NCBI RefSeq assembly: GCF_000143415.4
Contig: NW_003314326.1
Span: 372,001 to 436,000, forward strand
Direction of reading: 5' to 3'
Length of the DNA stretch: 64,000 nt
Origin: Selaginella moellendorffii
Taxonomy: Eukaryota > Plantae > Lycopodiophyta
The position numbers were made by a program, and so were the translations under genes. The notes under the pieces were generated by a model. That model ran no database searches, had not been told where the DNA came from, and saw nothing but the letters and a program-made list of their open reading frames with translations. Positions 1-10,411 of this stretch are shown here, piece after piece (position 1 is the first letter of the stretch; the number at the start of each line of letters is the position of its first letter).

Positions 1-1395
1 GATTGTTCCACTCACTACGTCCTTTACTGCCATCTTTGCGTGGAGCTCCCTGGCATTTTGGAGGCAGCCATTCTCGACAAATGCCGTGACCAGTGCCGAA
101 GCTAGCAGTGCGTCCGTAGGAAACTTATCAAACACGGACTTTGCATCGTTGATCCGTCCCAGTCTGCCGTAGTTTCGAACCAGAGCGAGAGCAAAACCAG
201 CGTCCACTTCCGAGTATCTCCAAAGGAAATTCTCGTGGACGCTCTTGACGTCCATCGCAGTCGAGCAAACATTAAGAGCAACCGCGAGAGTGCTACAGCT
301 CGGCCTTGCGCCATCCAGATTCATCACCTGGTAATACTTCCACGCATCTCGCGGCCGCTGAGCGTGGTTAAATGCCGTGATCATCGTGCTCCAGGAGATA
401 GCATTCTTCTGAGGCATGTCACGGAAGAAGCTTTCCGCTTCGCTGAGACGTCTGTTCTGGCAGTAAGTTCCAAGCATGGCGTTCCAGCACATAATCTCCT
501 TCTCCTTTTCCTTCTCCGGAACCGCATCAAACGTCCTCCTGGCTTGGTCAACTCGGCCTCCCTCGCCATAAGCCGTGATCATCACAATCCACGAAATTGT
601 GCTTCGCTCGGGCATACTTTCGAACCGCTCGATAGCTCTTTCCATACGTCCGGATTGAGCATACGCTGCGACGACGATGTTCCACGATGCAACGCTCCAC
701 TCGGGCATTTTGTGAAAGAGCTCCGCTGCGTAGTCGCTACACCCGCACTGGCTATACATGAAGAGTAGCGCGTTCCTCGCCAACAGGCCTGTGACACCCG
801 GCCTCTCATCTATATGAAACGCAACCTTCTCGCCATCTTCCAGGGACTGTAGCTTCGCACAGGCATCTAAGGAGCTGACGAAAGTAGCATTCGTAGGCTC
901 AAGGCCATCCAGGCACATTTTCCTGTACTGCTGGAGAGCGTCCCTGTAGTGCCCGTTCTGGACGTAACCGGAGATCATGGCGTTCCAGGAAACTGTGTCT
1001 CTCTCCGGCATCTCGTCGAAAAAGAGCTTGGCTTCAGTCACGTACTCGTTCTGTGCGTATCCAGTAAGCATGCTATTCCACAGCACGATGTTGTGACTCG
1101 GGCTCTTGTCAAAAGTCTTCCTTGCGAGACTTATATGCCCGTTCTGGGCATACGCCACCATCATGATATTCCAGGTGAAAACACTACGCTGCCTCGTCCG
1201 GTCGAATGCCTGGCATGATTCCTCCAATCTCCCACAGCTTCCATACGTTCGCACCAACAGGCCCCCGATAAGCGACTCCTTCTCGCATCCAAGCCTGGCA
1301 AGCTCGCAATGTAGCTGCTTTCCATGAGCAAGGGCCTTCTCGTTTCCGTGCCGACGGAGAAGATTTGCAAGCCTGCCGAGTTTACCATCTCTCAT
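1..1395 (-). CDS. PLS-class PPR protein (3' end runs off the window)
   Basis: Manual translation from ATG 1395 is open to base 1: MRDGKLGRLANLLRRHGNEKALAHGKQLH...TYGSCG...VFTWNIMMVAYAQNG...EMPERDTVSWNAMISGYVQNG. It is absent from the ORF track because there is no stop inside the window. Confidence 0.9.
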   Translation of the reverse strand, partial: MRDGKLGRLANLLRRHGNEKALAHGKQLHCELARLGCEKESLIGGLLVRTYGSCGRLEESCQAFDRTRQRSVFTWNIMMVAYAQNGHISLARKTFDKSPSHNIVLWNSMLTGYAQNEYVTEAKLFFDEMPERDTVSWNAMISGYVQNGHYRDALQQYRKMCLDGLEPTNATFVSSLDACAKLQSLEDGEKVAFHIDERPGVTGLLARNALLFMYSQCGCSDYAAELFHKMPEWSVASWNIVVAAYAQSGRMERAIERFESMPERSTISWIVMITAYGEGGRVDQARRTFDAVPEKEKEKEIMCWNAMLGTYCQNRRLSEAESFFRDMPQKNAISWSTMITAFNHAQRPRDAWKYYQVMNLDGARPSCSTLAVALNVCSTAMDVKSVHENFLWRYSEVDAGFALALVRNYGRLGRINDAKSVFDKFPTDALLASALVTAFVENGCLQNARELHAKMAVKDVVSGTI

Positions 1396-1417
1396 GCTCT
1401 GCTGATACTCATCTCAG

Positions 1418-3571
1418 TCAGCTCGCGCTCACGGAAGCCTCGAGCTTGGAGCTGAGCTCGTGGTTGAGCTTAAACCCGGTGTCCACCATCGACTTCGAAA
1501 CCTCTGCTAGCAGATCCTTGTAGCTCTTTTTGTCGACAAGGTGGCCGACCAGGGTGGTGTACGTTGCGTTGTCGGGCTCGCAACCACACTGTCTCATCAC
1601 CTCAAACAAGTCGACTGCGTCTTCTGTCAGAGACGCATCGCAAAACCCCTTGAGCAGTGTGTTGTACGTGACAGTGTCGGGAACCAGTCCAGCTCTCAGC
1701 ATTGTCTCCAGCAATTCACCAGCTTGGCGAAGCCTTCCACGCTTGGACAGCCAGTCGATGAAGATGCTGAAAGTCACCACGTCCGGATACGAGCCTTTGC
1801 TGAGCAGGAGCTGGAGGATCTCCAAGGCCTTGTCCAGGTTTCCAGTCTTGCAGAAGCCATCGATGAGCGTCCCGTAAGTTATCGCGCCTGGATCGAATCC
1901 ATTCTTGAGCATGAGCTCCAGGACGTTGTTTGCTTCGTCCATGAAGCGCCACTTGCAGAGGCTGGAGATGACGATGCTGTAGGTGACATCGTCCGGAGCT
2001 AGACCGTCACTGAGCATCTGGAGAAACAGCTTGTAGGCCCGATCCACACGCTTGGATTTGCACAAACCATCGATGACCGTGTTGTAAGTGATAATATCCG
2101 GTGAGCATCCCTGCTTCCTCGTCATCTCTCGGAGGAGGTATTCGGCCTGGTCGAACCTCCTGCTCTTGCAAAGCCCGTGAACCAGCGAGTTGTAAGTCAC
2201 TAAGTTTGGCGTGCAGCCGCTCTCCTGAATCAAGTTGAAGAGCTCGTAAGCTATGTCGACCCTGTATGTCTTGCACATAGCATCGATGATGGTGTTGAAT
2301 GTGACGATGTCTGGCACGCAGTTGTTGCTAAGCATCTGTTCGAGGAGAAGAACGCCTTCGTGTACCTTGGTTGCCTTGCAAAGCCCTGCTATGACTGTGT
2401 TGTAGCTCACCACGTTTGGAACACAGCCCTTCTGGATCATCGAGCTTAGAAGTTGACAGGCTCTCTCTACTTCGTCCTTCTTGCAAAACATGTCCAGTAG
2501 AGAGTTGTAAGTGAAGAGATTTGGCACGTATCCTTTCTCCACCATCACCTCCACCAGGCCGATGGCATCCTCAGCCTTGCCACACTTGCAAAATGCGTCG
2601 AGAAGAACCGTGTAAGTGACAACGTTTGGCTGGCAGCCGCCGTCCACCATCTCTTCCAAGAGGTGATACGCCTCGTCAATCCTTCCTAGCTTGCAGTGAC
2701 CGTCGATTATCGTGTTGTAAGTGACGATGTTGGGAGAGCAGCCACTTCTAGTCATTCTCTGCAAGAGAGCCGTCGCTTCGTCGAGCTTCCCGGCCTTGCA
2801 GAGCCCGTGAAGCAGCGAGCTGTAAGTAACAACGTTTGGAGAGCATCCTTTCGAAACCATGTCTTCCACAAGCCGGCAAGCATCGTCCACTTTCCCAGAC
2901 TTCACGAGCGAGTCCACGATTGTGCTGTAAGTGAACACGTCCGGCGGGCAGCTCCCCGATTCTTCCATCTCTTTGAACAGCTCCAAAGCACTGTCAAGCT
3001 TTCTGGCACTGCACAGCCCCTTGATCACGACGTTGTGGAGGATAACGTTTTGTGGAACGCCATGCCTGGGCATCTCTTTGAGGAGCTCGTAAGCAGTCCC
3101 GATATCTCCAGCTCTGCAAAGCCCGTGGATCAAAATGGTAAAAGTGAACATGTTGGGCGAGCAGCAGAGCTTGTTCCTGTACACCTGTAGCGCATCCTTG
3201 GGTCGCTTGAGCCTCAAGAGCGCTTGCAGCAAGCAGTTGCACGTATAGGTGTCGTGGTTGTATCCTTCTTGAGAAGTAGCCCAGTCGAAGAATCCCAAGG
3301 CAGCATCGCCATTCCGAACGCCCTGTAAAACCTTCCCGACTACTGTCGTCGTCAGCTTCCCTGTGAATCTCTCCAGTGCCGTCTCTGCGTACTCCCAAGC
3401 AAACCTGCTGTTGAGTATCCTTACAATCTTGTGATGAAAACCACCTTGCGTCGCTACTGCTGTTACTCTGTACTGGTGAGGCCTAGGAGAAAATTGGCCC
3501 TGCTGGTCTTTGGAATCTAGAACTCGAGTTTGGCTCGTCAAGGCGGCCATAGGAACCGCCATAGCCATCAT
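1418..3571 (-). CDS. P-class PPR protein
   Basis: Long array of 35-aa P motifs (PNVVTYxxLIxGLCKxG). The likely start is MMAMAVP at 3571, because the ORF-track start at 3631 lies inside a 60-nt GT-AG intron (3642-3583). Confidence 0.92.
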   Translation of the reverse strand: MMAMAVPMAALTSQTRVLDSKDQQGQFSPRPHQYRVTAVATQGGFHHKIVRILNSRFAWEYAETALERFTGKLTTTVVGKVLQGVRNGDAALGFFDWATSQEGYNHDTYTCNCLLQALLRLKRPKDALQVYRNKLCCSPNMFTFTILIHGLCRAGDIGTAYELLKEMPRHGVPQNVILHNVVIKGLCSARKLDSALELFKEMEESGSCPPDVFTYSTIVDSLVKSGKVDDACRLVEDMVSKGCSPNVVTYSSLLHGLCKAGKLDEATALLQRMTRSGCSPNIVTYNTIIDGHCKLGRIDEAYHLLEEMVDGGCQPNVVTYTVLLDAFCKCGKAEDAIGLVEVMVEKGYVPNLFTYNSLLDMFCKKDEVERACQLLSSMIQKGCVPNVVSYNTVIAGLCKATKVHEGVLLLEQMLSNNCVPDIVTFNTIIDAMCKTYRVDIAYELFNLIQESGCTPNLVTYNSLVHGLCKSRRFDQAEYLLREMTRKQGCSPDIITYNTVIDGLCKSKRVDRAYKLFLQMLSDGLAPDDVTYSIVISSLCKWRFMDEANNVLELMLKNGFDPGAITYGTLIDGFCKTGNLDKALEILQLLLSKGSYPDVVTFSIFIDWLSKRGRLRQAGELLETMLRAGLVPDTVTYNTLLKGFCDASLTEDAVDLFEVMRQCGCEPDNATYTTLVGHLVDKKSYKDLLAEVSKSMVDTGFKLNHELSSKLEASVSAS

Positions 3572-3987
3572 CAACACATCACCTGGGACAAAGTCATGGT
3601 TATTCAGAAAAGTTAAAAGTCTTAAAAACAAATGCTAATTACCTCTTATAACAAATCGGTGCAGTCTGGCTCCGTTAGCGTTCCACTGTCCCTTGAATAA
3701 ATAACCAGTATCTTTTCCAATAAGAATGTCATCAACCTTGCCGAAATTTGAAGTCATTTTCCCCTATAGTCTTCCACTTGGGACCTCGATCGCACAGATC
3801 GACATAAAGTCCCAACTTTTGGAGAGACCTCGCCCATTTTACGAGTAACCAGCAGGCCTGTTCTTCGATCTCTTTAAACATCTTCAGTTTCCTGTCAAAC
3901 CTTCTGGCACGTATCCTGATCTAAAAGTCCTGTTTGCAATGTCAGCAACACATGACCTGCACAAAGCCATGGCTATCAGATAAAAAT

Positions 3988-6177
3988 CTATACGCAAACG
4001 AAAGTTTGGCTGTTTACCTCTTCTGTCGCCTCCATTTCTTTCAGAAGTTGCTCCACTAGCTCCAGATTGTTGGTCTTCTGCAGAGCTCTTAGAAGCGTGC
4101 CGTAAGTCATCCTATCCGGTAGACAACCTTTGTCCTTCATCTCCCTGAGAACTCGCCAGGCTTCCTCCAAACGAGATGCATTGCAGAGGCCGTTGATAAG
4201 ACAAGTGTAAGTGATAGAATCCGGTGTACAGCTTTGCTTCCTCATGATCTCCAGCATCTCAGCTGCTTGCTCGACTTTGTTGATTTTGCAGAGGCCATCG
4301 ATGAGCGTGTTGTAAGTCACCAGATTGGGAGCACAGCCGCATCCCAGCATCTCCTGGAAAACGTCAAAAGCTTTGTCAACTGTCCCGGCCTTGCACAAAC
4401 CATTGATGAGAGCACTGTACGTGACCACGTCCGGAACACACTTCGCCTCTTTCATCCGCTCCAGCATCTTAAAGGCCGAGTCGAGGTTATTGTCCTTGCA
4501 AAAGCTGTGAATGACGATGCTGTAAGTCACCACGTCTGGCATCACGCCTGCTGCTCTCATCCGATCGAACAGAAGAAAGGCATCGTTAATCCGCCTGGAC
4601 TTGCAGAGACCATCCACGACACTGTTGTAAGTCACCACGTCGGGGTAGCACCGGTTCTTCACCATAACGTCCAGCCAGCTTTCAGCCTCTGGCAGCCTCT
4701 TAGCCTTGCACAGTGCGTGGATCAAGATGCTGTAGGCCACCACGTCTGGAGCACAGTCCATGCCGATGCTCATACGCAAAAGCTCCTGCGCCGAGTCGAT
4801 CGCTGCTGCCTTGCAAAGCGCGTCGATGAGAGTGCTGAGACAGGCAACATCCGGCCTACATCCACGTCGAATCATCTGCTCCAAAAGGTCGTGTGCCTCG
4901 CGTAGCTTTCCAGCCTTGCAGAACCCGGAAATGATCGTGCTGTAGTTGATTGCATCGGGAGGACAGCCGGTTTGGATCATCATCTGCAAGACTTGGTGAG
5001 CTCGCTCCATGTCGTTCCTCCGGCAGAAGACGTGCATTATGTTGTTGTAAGTGATGGCATTCGGCCTGTATCCTCTCTCCGTCATCTTCCGGACGAGCTC
5101 CACGGCACCATCCAAGTCTCCAACTCGGCAGAAACCGTCCACCAGCGTCCCGTAAGTTATCACGTTTGGCTGGCATCCTCTTTGGATCATCTTGTCCATC
5201 ACCCGGCAAGCCTCATCAACTTGATCCAACTTGCACAAACCATTGATCACTGTGGTGTAGCTCACGACGTCCGGAGGACATCCCCTCGTCACCATTTGCT
5301 CCAGCAGCCAGAGAGCATTCTCCACACGGTTGGCCTTGCAGAAACCATGCAGCACGGTGTTGTAGCTGAAAACGTTTGGAGCGAAGCCATTGTCCACCAT
5401 CTCTTCCAGGAGCCGGATAGCATCATCTAGCCTGTCCGACTTGCTGAGCCCGTTGATCATCGTGTTGTAAGTCACCGAGTCCGGCGGGCACGTCTTGCTC
5501 ATCTCCCGAAAGTGGAGCACCGCGTCCGAGCACTGGCCGGCATCGCACAGACCCCTGAGGATGCTCTTGTGTACTCCAGCGTGAGCCTTGAGACCCTTTC
5601 GATTCATCTCGTCGAAGAGCTCGTAGGCTGGCAAGATCTTCCCTGCTCGTATGAAGCCACTGATCAAAGTGCTGTAAGTGACCGTGTCGCCGCCCCACTG
5701 CCCCTCGATTCTACTCCGAAACAAATCGTGAGCTTGGCTATACTGGTGCGCCTTGACGAGAACGTTGAGCAGGCAATTGCAGCAAAAGATCTCGTGCTGG
5801 TAGCCATCTCTCGTCTCGGCCCATTCGAAGAACACCAATGCGGCCCCTGGATCGATCAGTCTCTGGAGTACCTTGCCGACAATCTCTGGAGATAATTGTC
5901 CCCTATACTCGTCCAGAGCCACTCGCAATGCCTGCTCGTCACTGGCACCCTGGACAATCCTCTCTAGAACAGAGATTGGACTGTCACTGCCCACCCATCT
6001 GTCCACTCTTCGCAGCGAATTCTTCTTGTAGAGCGCGAAGTGTTCCCGGATTGTGAGCCTATCTTGGTGCGGCCGGAATGTCCGAGGAGCGCTCACCGAG
6101 TCGCGTACCGTGAGCAATGCCGTGGTCGCCACCAAGCTCGATCGCTCCAGATTGGCGGCAGCCATCGCCATGGACAT
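3988..6177 (-). CDS. P-class PPR protein
   Basis: 729-aa ORF with a transit-peptide-like N-terminus and tandem PDVVTY motifs. A GAG|GTAAAC donor at 4017 suggests the true 3' end is spliced; a 61-nt intron to 3956 gives ...EEVMCC*. Confidence 0.92.
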   Translation of the reverse strand: MSMAMAAANLERSSLVATTALLTVRDSVSAPRTFRPHQDRLTIREHFALYKKNSLRRVDRWVGSDSPISVLERIVQGASDEQALRVALDEYRGQLSPEIVGKVLQRLIDPGAALVFFEWAETRDGYQHEIFCCNCLLNVLVKAHQYSQAHDLFRSRIEGQWGGDTVTYSTLISGFIRAGKILPAYELFDEMNRKGLKAHAGVHKSILRGLCDAGQCSDAVLHFREMSKTCPPDSVTYNTMINGLSKSDRLDDAIRLLEEMVDNGFAPNVFSYNTVLHGFCKANRVENALWLLEQMVTRGCPPDVVSYTTVINGLCKLDQVDEACRVMDKMIQRGCQPNVITYGTLVDGFCRVGDLDGAVELVRKMTERGYRPNAITYNNIMHVFCRRNDMERAHQVLQMMIQTGCPPDAINYSTIISGFCKAGKLREAHDLLEQMIRRGCRPDVACLSTLIDALCKAAAIDSAQELLRMSIGMDCAPDVVAYSILIHALCKAKRLPEAESWLDVMVKNRCYPDVVTYNSVVDGLCKSRRINDAFLLFDRMRAAGVMPDVVTYSIVIHSFCKDNNLDSAFKMLERMKEAKCVPDVVTYSALINGLCKAGTVDKAFDVFQEMLGCGCAPNLVTYNTLIDGLCKINKVEQAAEMLEIMRKQSCTPDSITYTCLINGLCNASRLEEAWRVLREMKDKGCLPDRMTYGTLLRALQKTNNLELVEQLLKEMEATEEVNSQTFVCV

Positions 6178-6439
6178 GATCCTCTTCTTTTCTTAAAGCG
6201 CGCCAGCGTCTCATCCCTTCACACATACGGATAAGCGAGCTTTGCTGCTAATATCGCAGTAAAAATCTCTTGCGGTACCTGGCAGGGCGAATGCTGGTTC
6301 GATTCGCACGAAATGCGAAGGCGCCGATCGCAATCCTCGCGTCGCGATGGATTCCATCGAGAGGACGATCCGCGCTTCCGCTCCCCCTGATCACCGCCAT
6401 CGCCAAGAACCCTGAAACCCTAACAATCGCTGGGCATGG

Positions 6440-8542
6440 ATGATTTTGGGGAAATGCCCAGATGCTATCGTCGATCTCGTCCGGGCTTGTGCCCGATCCA
6501 GGCATCTGGGAGAGGCCAGGCGGATCCACGCCCAGATCCTGGCCAGCCCCCATCGCGGCAACAAGCTGATGCTGGATCAGCTGGTGATGATGTATGGGAA
6601 ATGCGGCAGTGTGGAAGACGCCCGCGAGGTGTTCGAGAGCATCGATGCGCCGGATGGCTACTCGCGCAATCTTCTCATGGTTGCGTACGCGCACAACGGG
6701 CAGATCCACGGAGCCAAACTCGCGTTCGACAGCATGGGGAGGAGGAGTGTGGTGTCGTGGAACGTCATTGTTCTTGCATTTGCCCAGATCCGGCATCTAG
6801 AGGAAGCACGGATAATCTTCGACTCCATGCCTGCCAGGACGATCGTCTCGTGGAACACCATGATCGCTGCCTACAGTCAGGCTGGGTCAGTGACTGAATC
6901 CAAACTTCTCTTTGATGCTATGCCTGGTCGCAGCGAAATCTCTTGGAACAGCATGATTACTGCATTTTCCCAAAAGGGGCATTTGGAGAGTGTGACCGCT
7001 TGCTTCTACAAGCTACCCAAGCGAACGATCGTGTCGTGGAACTCCCTACTTTCAGCGTTTTCTCAGAGAGGACACACGCAGAAAGCCATCGAAATCTTTC
7101 GAGCTATGCCCGAGAAGGACACGATCTCCTACAACGCAATGCTGATCACTTATGCTCAAGCTGGGTTTGTGGAGGAGGCCAAAAGGAACTTCGACGAGAT
7201 CCAGGAGAGGAGCATAGTCTCTTGGACAGCGATGCTCCAAGCGAGTGTCATCAGCAGCGATCTGGATGGGGCCAGGATCATCTTCACGCGAATGCCGCAG
7301 CACGATTACGTCTCCTGGACAGCGATCCTCTCGGCGTGCGCATCGAGTGGCCGGATCCAGCAAGCCAAGGACATCTTTGAGGAGATGCCCGATCGCGATC
7401 GTCACGAGGGCGCTCAGAGCGCGATCATTGGAGCGTATGCCCAATGCGGGTATCTCGAGAGCGCGAAGAGAGTGTTTGACAAAATGACCACGCGGACGAG
7501 CCTCTCGTGGACCGGACTCCTCTCAGGCTATGCTCAAGGTGGCCATGCTGTGAAAGAAGCAAAAGATCTCTTCGATAGAATGCCCGATCACAACGTTCTC
7601 GCTTGCACGATGATGGTCTCGGCGTACGCACAGGACGGAGACGTGGTGGAAGCGAGAAAGATGTTTGATTCCATGGCAGAGAGAAACGAGGTCTCTTGGA
7701 ACGCTCTTCTTGCCGCGTATGCTCAAAGAGGAGATGTGGAGGAAGTGAAGCAACTATTCGATCGGATGCCCGAGAAAGACGTTGTCGCGTGGACTGGTTT
7801 GATCCAAAGCTATGGTGAGGCCGGAAATCTCCTGGGAGCGCGGCGCGTGTTTGATCGCATGCCCGAGCAGGACGTAGTTTCGTGGACCGCCATTCTCTAC
7901 GCGTATGCGCTCCACGGGCATCTAAGCGAATCGAAGAAGCTGTTCTTGGCGATGCCCGAGCGAGACGCGCTGTCTTGGATCTCCATGCTGGGTGGATACG
8001 CCGCCAATGGCGACGTGGAGACGGCCAAGAGTTTCTTCGCGAGAATGCCGCAGCAGGACGAGATCTCATGCACGGCGATCATGGCAGCGTTTGCGCACAA
8101 TGGCTACTGCTCCCAGGTGGTGGAGGTGTTCTGGCGGATGATCGTGGAAGGCGTCAGCCCGGACGAGGTCGCCTTCGTCACGGTTCTCACGGCTTGCAGC
8201 CACGCCGGGCTGCTGGAGACGAGCTGGGAGCTCTTCGTGTCCATGCGGGGGGATCATGGATTGAGGCCTCTGAGCCAGCACTACCTCTGCATGATCGATG
8301 TTCTTGGGCGATCGGGATTGCTGTCCAGCGCGGAAGAACTCATCGCCACCATGCCGTTCATCCCCGACGAGGTGGCGTGGGGGATGCTGCTGGCGGCATG
8401 CAAGGTCCACAAGGACGTGAGCCGTGCCGCCCGGATAGCCCGGGATGCTGTGGCGGCAGACCCCGAGGATTGCTCCTCGTACGTCTCGCTGGGCAACACT
8501 CTGGGCGTCGCTGTGGAAGAGAAAGACGGAGATTTGCGCTGA
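6440..8542 (+). CDS. PLS-class (SS-motif-rich) PPR protein with E domain, no DYW
   Basis: 31-aa repeats (VSWxAMxxAYAQxG...FDxMPER), then P2-L2-S2 (FVTVLTACSHAG; HYLCMIDVLGRSG) and E1/E2. The ORF stops before any DYW domain. Collinear paralog of 30635..33367. Confidence 0.92.
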   Translation: MILGKCPDAIVDLVRACARSRHLGEARRIHAQILASPHRGNKLMLDQLVMMYGKCGSVEDAREVFESIDAPDGYSRNLLMVAYAHNGQIHGAKLAFDSMGRRSVVSWNVIVLAFAQIRHLEEARIIFDSMPARTIVSWNTMIAAYSQAGSVTESKLLFDAMPGRSEISWNSMITAFSQKGHLESVTACFYKLPKRTIVSWNSLLSAFSQRGHTQKAIEIFRAMPEKDTISYNAMLITYAQAGFVEEAKRNFDEIQERSIVSWTAMLQASVISSDLDGARIIFTRMPQHDYVSWTAILSACASSGRIQQAKDIFEEMPDRDRHEGAQSAIIGAYAQCGYLESAKRVFDKMTTRTSLSWTGLLSGYAQGGHAVKEAKDLFDRMPDHNVLACTMMVSAYAQDGDVVEARKMFDSMAERNEVSWNALLAAYAQRGDVEEVKQLFDRMPEKDVVAWTGLIQSYGEAGNLLGARRVFDRMPEQDVVSWTAILYAYALHGHLSESKKLFLAMPERDALSWISMLGGYAANGDVETAKSFFARMPQQDEISCTAIMAAFAHNGYCSQVVEVFWRMIVEGVSPDEVAFVTVLTACSHAGLLETSWELFVSMRGDHGLRPLSQHYLCMIDVLGRSGLLSSAEELIATMPFIPDEVAWGMLLAACKVHKDVSRAARIARDAVAADPEDCSSYVSLGNTLGVAVEEKDGDLR

Positions 8543-9339
8543 CTTGGTTTCATGACGTGAATATTCTCGAACGAAGACTATTCTTGAAGAGGAGAAGCAT
8601 ATTCTTATCAAGATCTACGTGGACATCATCAACGAATGAATGTTTCCAGTCACCAGGCTTTGGATGAGAGTGTGACAGAAGTGGCAAGGAAGCTTGGAGC
8701 AAGAGACTAGTGCTAGTTTCATGCAGGTGGGGCAGGTTTATCTTGAGATGAAGCAGCTCATGCTTCCATCAATAGGCTAGCTGTTTGTCCATTGTTCAGA
8801 TAAAAATATGAATTGTTTGGATTTTGGATCTCAATCCAAATGCATTTGTAGAGGACTTGGTTATCCCAAGTCCAAGGACAGTGCGGTCTGGGTGTAAATA
8901 TGCCTTACTTGTTTTTAAAAGTATATTCTTAAAGGTATTAAGAGGTATATTTTAGTTTTTCATAAGTATACTTAGGGGTAAACAATGAATGCAAAGGTTT
9001 GCCATCATTCACATAAAGTGAATTCCCCAGAAGAGGCTACTATGGCAATGATAAATCTCCAACATGGCCCATGGGACAAGAAGCACATATTTTTGTTGTC
9101 ATTTCATATGTCACACATGAAGATTTTATTAGAATAAGCAATTGAAATAACAGATTTCATAGTGATTTTTAAACCACCTTAAACATTTTCTATTTTAATT
9201 AAAAAATAAGATTATATTATCCTCCTTCAACTCTTTAAAAAACTTACTCTTATTATAAAGCTGGTTGTTCACAACATACATGTCTATAATGTTGGATTCC
9301 CAGCAAGTTTTTTTTTTAACGAATACAAACAATTTATAT

Positions 9340-10411
9340 TTATTTAGTTAGGCATAATTTATGATTATTTGTCTCTGTATCCCATGTAGGAATATTTGGA
9401 GATTTTAAAGAATATATTACTAAATTACAATCATCTTGAACTTTAAGTATAGAATCATTAATACAATCGGACTTTAAATTTTGTAAACAATATTTATTAA
9501 TTATAAACCATTCTATCTTGCTATTTGATAGCAAAATTAGATTTCCATTGTTTTGTATTGCAGAGCTTTCCATTTTAATGCAGAAACAAAATCACAATGC
9601 TGTCATCATGGTTGTGTCCAAATAAAAAATAGAAACCATTTCCCTGAATTGCACTACCACCTCCTTTTAAAGACTATTGTGCATTTGACAATTTAAGGAA
9701 AACTTTGTCACCAACTTTGTACTCCTAATAACAATAATGATCATTAGCTAATCTCTAAAGTTGACAGAATAAAACCCTGTTTCTTCCTGATTTAGAATCC
9801 CAAATTTTATTTACTCCTGAAAACAAAACTAGGTTGCAATCATTTTGTAGATATAATATGTTTTTCTGGTTTGGAGAAATTAAAAATTTTGTAGAAAATA
9901 AAGTATTAAAAGGTTTTCTACTTATTAAACTGCTGACAAATATATCACATGTGGAGAATGAGTTTATACTATAGTTCCTATTATAGAATTGCTCAGGTTC
10001 AGACTGACCATCTAAACTATAATAAATTGTGTATGTTCTTGCTTTAAAAATTGCCCATTCTGCAGCTTTTGCAATTAACATACTTTTACTTCCTTGTAAA
10101 ACACTATTAAAACCTTTATATACATTTTCTGGCTTAGCTGTACTAGCTGCACCACATGTTCTTATTATTTTAATAACTGCCATTCCTCTTGAAAGGAGAA
10201 CATAATCAATATTATACCATTCTGGAGGGTATCTTTCTAAATCTGTATCTGTTATTTTCTTTATTAAATTTTTAAACCCTATCCAAATCAAATCCATATC
10301 AAAAGAACTAATTTCATTTTCTTTTCCAAAATCAGCATCAATATAACTATAACTAAAATTTTGAATATAAAGAAATAATAAAACTGATAGGATCAAGTAA
10401 TATAAAGCCAT
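9340..10411 (-). pseudogene. Secreted bulb-type (GNA-like) lectin-domain gene, copy 1, interrupted by a ~195-bp insertion
   Basis: Signal peptide plus three QxDxNxVxY-type motifs (LQNDCNLVLF, IQNNGNLILL, VQDDCNLVIY). Comparison with copy 2 shows extra DNA at ~9560-9754 that resembles the gypsy integrase tail (EYKVGDKVFLK). Confidence 0.8.

Noticed and set aside
235-8667. Numerous antisense/alternate-frame ORFs over PPR genes (also 30988-33447, 50871-52265)
   Set aside because: Shadow ORFs of GC-rich repetitive coding sequence.
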